DNA from: an uncultured delta proteobacterium
Lineage (GTDB): Bacteria > Desulfobacterota > Desulfobacteria > Desulfobacterales > JAHEIW01
Direction of reading: 5' to 3'
Assembly (NCBI GenBank): GCA_963706575.1
Contig: CAVPNL010000004.1
Span: forward strand, 544,001-608,000
DNA: 64,000 bases
This document shows positions 20,280-29,418 of the stretch, piece after piece. Below the pieces are notes generated by a model, which was not told the DNA's origin, did not search any database, and saw only the letters and a list, made by a program, of their open reading frames with translations. Numbering within the stretch: position 1 is the stretch's first letter; every line of letters begins with the position of its first letter. The position numbers and the translations under genes are program-made.

Positions 20280-20960
20280 ATGTGTGGCCGCTTCGTGGGA
20301 TACCGCAATTTAGATGAACTCAAAGAATTCTTTCCCATTGACCGCTCCGCCTGTGAGGTCACCGCCAATTACAATGTGGCGCCATCGCAGGAGATCCTGG
20401 CGATTTTCAACCACCAGGGGCAAAATTGGCTGGATAAATTCCATTGGGGACTGGTGCCTTTCTGGGCCAAAGATCCCTCCATCGGGAACCGTATGATCAA
20501 TGCCCGGGCAGAAACCGTTGCCGAAAAACCTTCTTTCAAAAATGCCTTTAAAAACCGCCGCTGCCTGATCATTGCCGACGGCTTTTATGAATGGAAAGGC
20601 GCCAAAGGGCAAAAACTACCGCTGTTTATCACGCTACCAGACAGGAAACCCTTCGCTTTTGCCGGCCTATGGGAAACCTGGGGAAAAAAAGATCAGCAAT
20701 CGCAATCTCTTTATCGGTCATGCACCATCATTACGACCGAAGCCTGTGAGGCCATGCGCGACATCCACCACCGCATGCCGGCGATCCTCAAACCTGAAAT
20801 GTATGAATTCTGGCTAAATCCGGATAATCAGGATGCCACTGCATTAAAAAATATTCTGGCAACGGCACTCCTGACCGATCTGGTCAGCCACCCGGTATCC
20901 AAACAGGTCAACTCCACCCGCACTAACGACGCCTCCTGCATCGATCCAGTCGATTACTAA
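20280..20960 (+). CDS. SOS response-associated peptidase (SRAP/YedK/HMCES family)
   Basis: N-terminal MCGRF fixes the start; NARAET, GFYEW, IHHRMP. Confidence 0.93.
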   Translation: MCGRFVGYRNLDELKEFFPIDRSACEVTANYNVAPSQEILAIFNHQGQNWLDKFHWGLVPFWAKDPSIGNRMINARAETVAEKPSFKNAFKNRRCLIIADGFYEWKGAKGQKLPLFITLPDRKPFAFAGLWETWGKKDQQSQSLYRSCTIITTEACEAMRDIHHRMPAILKPEMYEFWLNPDNQDATALKNILATALLTDLVSHPVSKQVNSTRTNDASCIDPVDY

Positions 20961-20983
20961 ACCCAATCTACAAAATCCCAAAA

Positions 20984-21045
20984 TTTCATATTGCGTCAGC
21001 ACATCCTAAAAATATTCGTCCCTTCAAAATTTCAACTCAGGCACG
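20984..21045 (+). repeat. About 60-bp dispersed direct repeat, copy A
   Basis: TTTCATATTGCGTCAGCACATCC...TTTCAACTCAGGCACG; related copies at 36111 and 38492. Confidence 0.75.
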
Positions 21046-21535
21046 TAGTCCAAAATAAATTAAGGCCCAAAAAAGTGTGTATTTCCCCAGGCTAATCTGC
21101 AATTTCATAAACGCGATTTTAGTATGGTTTTTTTCCTATGTCGGATCATACCTTATCATGGTCCAGAAACGCTCTCGATATCACTTTGAAACATGTACTT
21201 TTATCTAAGTTGATTTCAAGGCAAAATTCAGCTAAACAATTATATCAATTTTTTTTTCTGAGTCTATGGATATCAAAACTTTACCGGAACCTTTGTTACT
21301 CTCAAAGTACCCTACAAGGACCAAACTTGAGGTTTGGTATCAGCATCACCGGTGCCAACATTCTCCATGAATTGATAGTATCACCATCGGCTAAATTGCA
21401 GGCTCGTTCAGACAACATGATTAAGTTATCCATGAGCAAACATTCGCATAGCCGCGGGATCAGGGAAACCGCCGGGACCGAGAGTGGTAATGCAGTGGTT
21501 CATGGCAACTAACCATGAGATCAAGGAGAGATATC

Positions 21536-23101
21536 TTGAGCAAACCAAAAACAAAAATAACGACTCGAAGGTGGCGTCGTGAAGACATTCCGGAGATCAT
21601 CACGTGCAGCCGGGCAACATACCACGATTATCCCGAAGAATATATATTCACGGAACGCCATTACGAAATGCAGTTCGCCGCGTTTCCCCAGGGGCAGTTT
21701 GTGGCCGTCTGCGGCAAAAAAATCATCGGGTACGCCACCTGCATGATTGTCAGCATCGATGATGATTTCTGGTACGACGTGGATGAGCTGACCGGGGCCG
21801 GCACTTTCAGCACGCACAACCAGGACGGCGACACCCTTTACGGTGCCGATATTGCAGTCCATCCGGACTATCAGCGCCGCGGCGTCGCCATGCTGCTGTA
21901 TCAGCGGCGGCGAAGCGTCTTGAAAAGATACAATCTGAGACAGATGATCGCCTACGGAAGGCTGTCCGGATATAAAAATTACGCGGGGAAAATGACAGCT
22001 GAACAATATGTTGAAAAGGTGACGAACGGAGAATTGCGGGACCCGGCCTTGAACGCCCACCTGAAAGCCGGATTCCACGTCAAAAAGGTTCAACTCGACA
22101 TTACGGTCGACCGTTCCAGTTTGAACTACTCGACATACCTCGTCATGCCCAACCCTGATTTTAACGTGGCCAAAAAAAAGATAGCTTCAGCCGTGTTTCC
22201 CAAAATTCAGGCCCGCAGGGTCAGGGTGTGCGCAGCCCAATACAGCATGCGGGCTATCCAGTCTTTTGAAGACCTCAAACGTTCAGTTGAATTTTTTGTC
22301 GATTCGGCAGATTCCTATCACTGCCACTTCCTGCTGTTTCCGGAGTACTTTACTTACCAGCTTTTAAGTTTCCAAAAACGGCTCTCCATGAAGGAGGCCG
22401 CCGAGAAACTTGCCGGTTATACGGACCGATACATCAATATGTTTAAGCGCTTCGCGCAGAAGTATAACATTTATATTATCGGTGGTTCCCATCCGGTATT
22501 GCGGGACGGCAAATATTACAACACCGCCCACCTGTTCACACCGGCCGGCAATGTCTATACCCAGGATAAGCTTCACATTACGCCGGTGGAGCGCAATGAA
22601 GGCGGCATCGAACCGGGGACAGCCCTCCGGATTTTCCGCACGCCTCTGGCCAGAATTGCGATCCAGGTCTGCTATGATATCGAGTTTCCGGAGGCATCGC
22701 GCCTCCTGACGCTTGCCGGGGCGGAAATCATTTTCGTGCCTTGTTACACCGAAGAAAAAAAAGCCTACTACCGTGTGAGGCATTGCGCCCAGGCCCGAGC
22801 TGTTGAAAACTTTATTTATGTGGTGATGACAGGAAGTGTCGGCAACATGCTAACCCCATCCGGTTCCTTTTTGAACTACAGCCAGGCGGCCATTCTTACC
22901 CCCAGTGATTTTTCCTTCCCGGAAAAGGGAATAGAAGGGGAGGCTGACCCCAATGTGGAAGCGGTTGTGGTATCTGAACTCGCCCTTTCTTCACTATCGC
23001 AGCAGCGGCATGTGGCAACGGTTCGACCGCTGCATGACATGCGCCCGGATCTCTATGACCTCCGTCCAAAAAATAAAATCGAAATTATTCAAGTCGAGTG
23101 A
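21536..23101 (+). CDS. GNAT acetyltransferase / carbon-nitrogen hydrolase fusion
   Basis: VHPDYQRRGVA; nitrilase triad FPEY, DKLH, VCYDIEFPE; AAGGAG RBS favours TTG 21536 (alternative ATG 21515). Confidence 0.9.
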   Translation: MSKPKTKITTRRWRREDIPEIITCSRATYHDYPEEYIFTERHYEMQFAAFPQGQFVAVCGKKIIGYATCMIVSIDDDFWYDVDELTGAGTFSTHNQDGDTLYGADIAVHPDYQRRGVAMLLYQRRRSVLKRYNLRQMIAYGRLSGYKNYAGKMTAEQYVEKVTNGELRDPALNAHLKAGFHVKKVQLDITVDRSSLNYSTYLVMPNPDFNVAKKKIASAVFPKIQARRVRVCAAQYSMRAIQSFEDLKRSVEFFVDSADSYHCHFLLFPEYFTYQLLSFQKRLSMKEAAEKLAGYTDRYINMFKRFAQKYNIYIIGGSHPVLRDGKYYNTAHLFTPAGNVYTQDKLHITPVERNEGGIEPGTALRIFRTPLARIAIQVCYDIEFPEASRLLTLAGAEIIFVPCYTEEKKAYYRVRHCAQARAVENFIYVVMTGSVGNMLTPSGSFLNYSQAAILTPSDFSFPEKGIEGEADPNVEAVVVSELALSSLSQQRHVATVRPLHDMRPDLYDLRPKNKIEIIQVE

Positions 23102-23505
23102 GCTGGTTCAAAAAAAGACACCGGGGTCAGATTTTGAATGCTGACGAAAATGCTGCGAAGCGCCGTGGCGTTTTCATGGTTCACGCACCTAATTCACCGG
23201 ATTGACACCCGTACATGCCGAATATTAAGATCATTTAATTTTAATCCAGAACCCATCAGTTTTATTTTTATTTCAGATTGTATATTAGGTTTACGCAATC
23301 GCCAAATTAGCGAAAGGTGCGATTGCGGCTATAAAGGGACAACCGCAATTTATTACATATATCTTCTGGTAGTCCTAAATATTTTCGAACCTAAAAACTT
23401 CAGATTACTCTAAAAAATCAGTCCTTTTGAATCCTTGAAAAAACTATGATTATTTTCTCAACCCGAAGAGTCAATTTCTAGTCATTTTGGTTGAAGCCGT
23501 TAATT

Positions 23506-23535
23506 AAAAAAAGGGCAGTGTTACCACTGCCCTTT
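23506..23535 (-). terminator. Intrinsic terminator
   Basis: AAAGGGCAGTG-GTAA-CACTGCCCTTT plus T run on the minus strand. Confidence 0.75.
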
Positions 23536-23851
23536 AAGGGAGGAGAAGTGTAATGCTTGGAGGTCAACTCCCATCAAGCCGCCTATTGCATGTTATTTAA
23601 CTCCGCTTCTCCGGCGCAAGCGCCTCGGAAACCAAATCCAGCTCCGGCCCCCTGCGTTTAAAAAGCAATATGACATTCAAAAAGCGCTGAAGCCTTTTTT
23701 CACCCACCAGATGAATGATCAGAAGCATCCCTGCTACGGCAGTCCCGATAAAAACCACGCTGACACAGCTTTTGAGTGTATGGCACTTGTCACAGTACCA
23801 TAATCTTTTAAACAAGAACGCTCGCCCCCTTTTTTCGCCGCGCCCGACCCG

Positions 23852-24031
23852 TTATTTTGTTTGGTCTTTGGAACCCCCCATGCCCAGGGCAAATTTTAAA
23901 AACTTTCGTTCGGCAATTTTATAATTTTCTTCGGAATAATGATTCATATTCTCGGCAATACGAAATTTCTTTCGATACTTTTCCACCAGTAATTTAATCC
24001 CCGTATTTTGACTGTAAGCGTTTCCCCCCAT
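23852..24031 (-). CDS. Small basic hypothetical protein
   Basis: LVEKYRKKFRIAEN.NHYSEENYK.AERKFLKFAL amphipathic pattern; start uncertain. Confidence 0.5.
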   Translation of the reverse strand: MGGNAYSQNTGIKLLVEKYRKKFRIAENMNHYSEENYKIAERKFLKFALGMGGSKDQTK

Positions 24032-24273
24032 AAAATAAAAAGGGAAGCAAAAATCGTGCAAACTTCCCGTCTGATCTCACCGTTATCGTTTCACTTTCGA
24101 TTTCAACTAGTTAATTGGAGTGCGTCAAATTGCACAATACAACAATATGAAACCCGCTACCCAATTTTTATGAAATCACTTTCATAACCAGCGTTTTAGA
24201 TGCTGAAAATTAGTATTATGTCTCACAAAAATGTTACAAAAGTCGGGGGATATATTTTAGTTCGGTCGACTTG

Positions 24274-25173
24274 CTACTCCGTCTGAAGCCCGGCCAGCGC
24301 CTTTTTGCTTAACACCAGCCAGTTGCCGACCAGCACGACTGCCATACCGATTATATTGTGGGGGGCCCATTGGTAGCCTTCGTAAACCGTCGAGATGCCA
24401 AGGGCGACAATCGGAAAGAGCATGGTGGCATAGGCTGCGCGATCCGCGCCGATTTTGCCGATGAGTTTCAGATAGCACCCGAAAGCGATAACGGTTCCGA
24501 AAAGAGACAGGTAAAAAAGGGAGCCGACGTAAGAAAGCGACATTTCAAAACTGAATGTTTTGCCGCTTATAAGGGAAATTGCTCCGATGATTACAGCGCC
24601 GTAGGCCATGCCGTAAGCATTGGTTTGAATGACCGGCAGATTATTTTGCTGGTGGCGGGCCGAAATGATATTACCCAGTGAAGCCATAAAGGTTGATACA
24701 ACGCTCAACACCAAGCCCAGGGCGCCTTGATCTGAAAGGCTGAAAGATATCAGCTGCGGCCAAAAAACAAGCACAATTCCCGAAACCCCGATTGCCCCCC
24801 CCAGCAAGACATTTGAACGAATCGGTGAACCCAGCAAAACGGCTCCGTTGATCATATTCATAAAAACAATACCGGAAAAAATCACCGCAACCAGCCCGCT
24901 GGTGACATGCACTTCGGCCAGATAGATCAACCAGTAATTGACCGAAAAAAGAACCAGGCCCTGCAGCGCCATAAAGATATGATCCTTCAGGCCAAACCGC
25001 ATCTTAAGGCTCCGCAATTTACAGTACAGGAACAGTGTCAGTGCTGCGGCCATAAAACGATATAGAACAGAAACCATCGGATCAACACTGCCCAGCTGAA
25101 ATTTAATCGCCAGCCAGGTTGTGCCCCATATGATAACGGTAGATCCATATAAGAAAAAGATGTTGGCATTCAT
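24274..25173 (-). CDS. DMT/EamA family transporter
   Basis: IWGTTWLAIK; ten TMs; IGADRAAY. Confidence 0.9.
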   Translation of the reverse strand: MNANIFFLYGSTVIIWGTTWLAIKFQLGSVDPMVSVLYRFMAAALTLFLYCKLRSLKMRFGLKDHIFMALQGLVLFSVNYWLIYLAEVHVTSGLVAVIFSGIVFMNMINGAVLLGSPIRSNVLLGGAIGVSGIVLVFWPQLISFSLSDQGALGLVLSVVSTFMASLGNIISARHQQNNLPVIQTNAYGMAYGAVIIGAISLISGKTFSFEMSLSYVGSLFYLSLFGTVIAFGCYLKLIGKIGADRAAYATMLFPIVALGISTVYEGYQWAPHNIIGMAVVLVGNWLVLSKKALAGLQTE

Positions 25174-25401
25174 TGCTTCGCCACCTTTCCTCCGACTCAT
25201 GCAAAATACAAGCTCTAATTTCCAACCTTTGCCTCGACTTCTTCCCGCTTTTCATTTCCGGTTGGCCCAGCAATACGCTGCACCCATTTCAGCGCCCGTC
25301 CATCGATAATGATCAGTCCCAGAAAAGTGAAAGGATGATCAGCAGTCCCCATTCATTTGGTTTCATTGAACCCATTTTACAAATTTTACCTCCGCTTCAA
25401 C

Positions 25402-25595
25402 TAGAGCCCATCTCAAAAATAGGATTTTGGTTCAAGATCGCGGCGGTGTCTAGCTTTCCAGCGTTGCTGGACTTCCCGCCTGATTAAATCCTCTTTGTGG
25501 GTCGTAATCCGGAGGCATACTGTTGTATGTTGAGGATTTAAAGCGAGGCACCAACAAAGATATTGGGCCAAAAAACATTTTTGAGATGGATTCTA
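25402..25595. mobile_element. MITE, copy 2 (194 bp)
   Basis: TAGAGCCCATCTCAAAAAT ... ATTTTTGAGATGGATTCTA; interior closely matches copy 1. Confidence 0.85.
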
Positions 25596-25760
25596 ATTAA
25601 ATTCGGGCCCCATTATAATTTCACAAAAAATATGTTTCCACCCGATTCTTGCGGTGTTTATTCAAAAAGGTGTTAACTATCAGAAGTGCTCGCCAAAGAA
25701 AAGTGCCTTTTCATGAGACCGATTGGGCCAGAATAAACACCCCCCGCTCCTGCTTCGGAT

Positions 25761-25846
25761 TTCTGTGTTCTGTCCTCGACTCGACTGAGCTCGCCGCAGG
25801 CTGGCTTCTGACGTCTATCCTCTGTCATCCGACCTCTGTCTTCCGA
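25761..25846. repeat. Degenerate 7-mer tandem repeat (TCCTCTG family); also at 1454-1487 and 27510-27587
   Basis: ttctgtgttctgtcc...tcctctgtcatccgacctctgtcttccg. Confidence 0.65.
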
Positions 25847-25964
25847 TAAAAGTGTGTAATTCAGGTAATAAAATTAGGTACTTTACTACCCAGTTTTTCG
25901 GATAAGTCAATTCTTAAATTCTTATAAGATTTTAATATTGTTTATAAAATAAAAATTGGCCTGA

Positions 25965-25981
25965 CTGGCATATTTTTTGCA
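25965..25981 (+). promoter_or_regulatory. Sigma-54 (-24/-12) promoter
   Basis: CTGGCATATTTTTTGCA, GG-N10-GC spacing, AT-rich upstream. Confidence 0.7.
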
Positions 25982-26173
25982 TTTTGCAAAAATGTCTGTC
26001 ACAACTTTGACTTTCTATTCTTAGGTCCGGTTGGCGGCAGACGCTTCTATCGGCTAGGGGCGGGTTCCCAATTTACCCCTTTTACCCTTTAAATTTAAAC
26101 CGGTAATGCCTTTGGGAACCCCAACCCCTTCTTCCCTTAAGATTCAAAAAATCTATGAGCGGGGGCTCAAGGG

Positions 26174-26225
26174 GGAGCGAGGCCTAGCAAGGTCGCAGAC
26201 AGGTTCGATTCCTGCACCCGCTCCA
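26174..26225 (+). ncRNA. tRNA-like mini-structure (acceptor stem, small hairpin, T arm); not a full tRNA
   Basis: GGAGCG/CGCTCC-A stem; GGCCT-AGCA-AGGTC; CAGG-TTCGATT-CCTG. Confidence 0.5.
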
Positions 26226-26240
26226 TTTCGATGTGAAGGT

Positions 26241-26441
26241 ATGAAAACATTGTTGGCATTTTTATTCACAGTTGTCGCTGTCTGCGCCCTTATCGGATTC
26301 GCCGAGGCAGGTATCCTTACAGGTATCATCACGTATATAAAAACCAGCGTGCCGATAAGCGCGGGTAAAATTCCCTGGCCGGCATTTATGATTCTGCTTG
26401 CAACCGGAATAATCGGCATACTGGGTATCAGGAGAAGATGA
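26241..26441 (+). CDS. Miniature PEP-CTERM-like protein (66 aa)
   Basis: Signal peptide ending AEA; C-terminus IPWPAFMILLATGIIGILGIRRR resembles VPEP-TM-RRR. Confidence 0.65.
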   Translation: MKTLLAFLFTVVAVCALIGFAEAGILTGIITYIKTSVPISAGKIPWPAFMILLATGIIGILGIRRR

Positions 26442-26830
26442 AAGAAGCCTTAATGGACGCACACAAACACCTGAAATCCAGAAAGGATGCTCGACTATTT
26501 TTTAGCAAGAACCAAAAAGTCGCGGTACGCTGTTTGACGGACACGTGTAATTTTGAGGCCAGAATTCAGAATGTAAGTTCTTCAGGTGTTTTTATTAAAA
26601 CAGACCAGCAGATGCCTGTCGGGGAAGAAATCGCTGTGTCTTTCACATTCCCCGATTCGGGAAATCAGGTCAACGCAACCGGCAAAGTTGTCAGAACCAC
26701 ACATTCCGGGATGGGTGTCGAAATTCAGGTCTATTTTAAGGAAAAACACAAAGAATATAAACCCCGCAAAATTGCCCGTAAAAAATCGCCGAAGCTTATA
26801 TTCCTGGGTCCTTCAAATCCGTCCAGGTAA
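26438..26830 (+). CDS. PilZ domain protein
   Basis: RKDAR (RxxxR) and NVSSSG (D/NxSxxG); GKVVR...GMGV. Confidence 0.85.
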   Translation: MKEALMDAHKHLKSRKDARLFFSKNQKVAVRCLTDTCNFEARIQNVSSSGVFIKTDQQMPVGEEIAVSFTFPDSGNQVNATGKVVRTTHSGMGVEIQVYFKEKHKEYKPRKIARKKSPKLIFLGPSNPSR

Positions 26831-27118
26831 ACCCATCTATTCGGGTATTTCTTCACCCTTTATCCCCCCACATATAAATACACATCTCTCTTCTGCCCGC
26901 TTTTCTGCTCGGCAGGCAAGCCGACACGCTGGCAGCGATGTAAGCATCATAGGCACGGACAGGTGCGTATAATTATTTAACAAATTGATATAATATACTT
27001 TTTCTTTTAATTTCTAACCGCTAAAAATAAAATATAACTTGTCAAAAATCCGAAAATTAGCTAAATTTTTATTATCTTTATATAAATTTACCAATCCCTA
27101 ACGAATCAACAGGTAATC

Positions 27119-27448
27119 ATGAGTGGCTTTTTTTCATTTATCTTCTTTGTGCTACTACCGCTGGCAATCGGAATACTGACAATCTATTTATCAATCGATT
27201 TTTTTGAATATTTGAAAAAATATCACCAGCCAAAATATAAGCAAATGTCTTTTGCAAGTCTCTTTGGGATTTCGAATGAAAGCTTCATTTTTCACCTTAT
27301 CAAACCACAGGAATTTTTCCGCTTTCTCCTTTCACCGGCTGATCTGCAGGATAATAACGTCAAAGTTTATAAAACCCGAATCCGGTTAAGCCTGGTTGCC
27401 CTCATGGGGTTGTTTGCGATTATCTTGTTGTGGTCCATCATTTTCTAA
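27119..27448 (+). CDS. Small two-TM membrane protein
   Basis: Hydrophobic N- and C-terminal segments. Confidence 0.6.
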   Translation: MSGFFSFIFFVLLPLAIGILTIYLSIDFFEYLKKYHQPKYKQMSFASLFGISNESFIFHLIKPQEFFRFLLSPADLQDNNVKVYKTRIRLSLVALMGLFAIILLWSIIF

Positions 27449-27603
27449 AAGGGCCGCAAACCCGTTAGCTGACGGTTACCATTCACCTTTTCTAAATTCC
27501 GCAATACGGCTTCTGACACTTCTCATCTGATCGGTGCCCGCTGTTATCCATCCTCTAATATCTGTCATCTGACTTCTGTCCTCTGGTATCTTGAGTATCA
27601 AAA

Positions 27604-27629
27604 TGCTATAATCTACCTACCGGTAGGTA
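27604..27629 (+). promoter_or_regulatory. Extended -10 plus perfect 16-bp palindrome, probable TetR operator
   Basis: TGCTATAAT followed by TACCTACCGGTAGGTA upstream of the TetR gene. Confidence 0.7.
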
Positions 27630-27738
27630 TTTTCCTTGACAAGCCTAAAATTTTGAAGTACGCATGGCCTTCATTTTGACATTTCCGGCTTGGAATGATG
27701 AGAAATAGTGCTAAGGAACACGGGTACACAGGCCCCCG

Positions 27739-28365
27739 ATGAAAAATACAAAGATGAAAAATACAAAAACGATTGGCGCTGCGCAACTCAATTCCAAAGA
27801 ACGGCTACTGGTAACCGCCATCGGCATGTTTGCTGAAAAGGGATATGCCGGTACGTCTGTACGCGAAATCGTGGGACGCGCCGGAGTGAGCAAACCGGTG
27901 CTCTACTATTATTTTAAGAGCAAAGAAGGGCTTTTTCTGGACATTCTCGATATGGCCGAAAATTTACAGAAACAATTGCTTTCGGAGGTTTTAAAAACGG
28001 AAGGCAACGTATTGGACCGGCTCCTGATGCTTTATCGTCGTGTATACGCGGGAATCGATGAACACCGCAGCCTTTATAAAATGATTCACGACCTCATATC
28101 CGGCCCTCCCCAGGGGGCGCCGGATTACGATTTTACGCGTTATCATCGTCACATGATCAACGCCATTTGCGAAATTTATAACGCAGGGATAGGCCGCGGC
28201 GAGGTTAAAAAGATCGCGGCCCAAGAGGTTGCCTATCTGGTACTGAGCCTGATCGATTTTTGCCTCCACATGGACCAGGTCCATCCGCAGTCATCGGATC
28301 CGCAACGCCCCGAACGGCTGCTGCGGATTGCTTTTAAGGGAATAAACAAAGGAACGGAAAATTAA
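27739..28365 (+). CDS. TetR/AcrR family regulator
   Basis: FAEKGYAGTSVREIV..AGVSKPVLYYYFKSKEGL. Confidence 0.93.
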   Translation: MKNTKMKNTKTIGAAQLNSKERLLVTAIGMFAEKGYAGTSVREIVGRAGVSKPVLYYYFKSKEGLFLDILDMAENLQKQLLSEVLKTEGNVLDRLLMLYRRVYAGIDEHRSLYKMIHDLISGPPQGAPDYDFTRYHRHMINAICEIYNAGIGRGEVKKIAAQEVAYLVLSLIDFCLHMDQVHPQSSDPQRPERLLRIAFKGINKGTEN

Positions 28366-29418
28366 ATGCAAACCCGACATTCATCTTTATTTTTGATCGT
28401 GCTGCTTTTAACGGGCCTTTTGGCGAGCGCTTGTGAAGAAAAAGCCGGCCTGGCAACCGCCGAAACCGATGCAACCCAGCCCCCGGCAATTCCAGTGTCT
28501 GTAATAACCGTTAAGACTGAAACCGTGCGGGATGTCATCTTTTTACCGGGCACAACCGAAGCCTGGCAGGATGTCCAGGTAGCAGCCGACACCGCCGGAC
28601 GTATTGAATGGATCGGCCCGCGCGAGGGTGAACGCGTGAACAAAGGCGACCTGTTGATTAAAATCGACGTCTCCGCCCTCAAAGCAGCCATGGAGCACGT
28701 AGAAGCGCAGTTCCAACTGGCCGATGATCTTTATCAGCGACGCCGTCGGCTTTATGAGCGCAAGATCATCGCCAAAGAGGAGCTCGATCAAAGTGCCACC
28801 CAGCGTAAACTGGCTGCCACCGATTTGGAACAGATCAAAGTCAAATATAATCATGGTTTCCCGCGATCCCCGATCAGCGGGATTATCAACCACCTGTATG
28901 TGGATGCCGGTGAGTTCATTGACACCGGCAAGCCAATCCTAGACATCGTGAATATTGATCGCATCAAAATAAATGTTCGAGTGCCGGAACTCGATATCCG
29001 CTACGTGCTGGAAGGCCAAAAGACACCTGTTAGAATCGATGCTTTTCCGGAAAGAACACTCAGCGGGGTGGTCGATTTTGTGGCCTTTAAAGCAGACCCG
29101 GCAACCAAAACCTTTCTGGTTCGCAGCCTGATTGAAAATTCATTCGCCGATATCCGGCCGGGAATGATTGGCCGGGTGGCCTTTGTGCGGCGCACAATTG
29201 CCGATGCATTGCTGGCACCGCTTTTTGCACTGGTGGACAAAGGCGGGGAGCGTCTGGTTTTTGTCGAAAAGGACGGCACGGCGCAATCGCGAACCGTTTC
29301 GATCGGGGTCATTGAAGGCGATCGGGTACAGATAACCAGCGGCTTGAATCCCGGCGATCATCTGATTGTCAAAGGGCATACCGAAGTCGAAGACGGAATG
29401 AAGGTCAGCGTGCAATGA
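28366..29418 (+). CDS. RND efflux periplasmic adaptor subunit
   Basis: Lipobox ASA-C; G.RV.KGD.L, SPISG, GLNPGD..IVKG. Confidence 0.92.
   Translation: MQTRHSSLFLIVLLLTGLLASACEEKAGLATAETDATQPPAIPVSVITVKTETVRDVIFLPGTTEAWQDVQVAADTAGRIEWIGPREGERVNKGDLLIKIDVSALKAAMEHVEAQFQLADDLYQRRRRLYERKIIAKEELDQSATQRKLAATDLEQIKVKYNHGFPRSPISGIINHLYVDAGEFIDTGKPILDIVNIDRIKINVRVPELDIRYVLEGQKTPVRIDAFPERTLSGVVDFVAFKADPATKTFLVRSLIENSFADIRPGMIGRVAFVRRTIADALLAPLFALVDKGGERLVFVEKDGTAQSRTVSIGVIEGDRVQITSGLNPGDHLIVKGHTEVEDGMKVSVQ

Noticed and set aside
23597..23815. 72-aa ORF with CxxC upstream of the minus-strand terminator
   Set aside because: Non-ATG start and no recognisable family; plausible but unsupported
26174..26225. 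A functional tRNA gene
   Set aside because: Only 52 nt; no D arm, anticodon arm or encoded CCA beyond the stem
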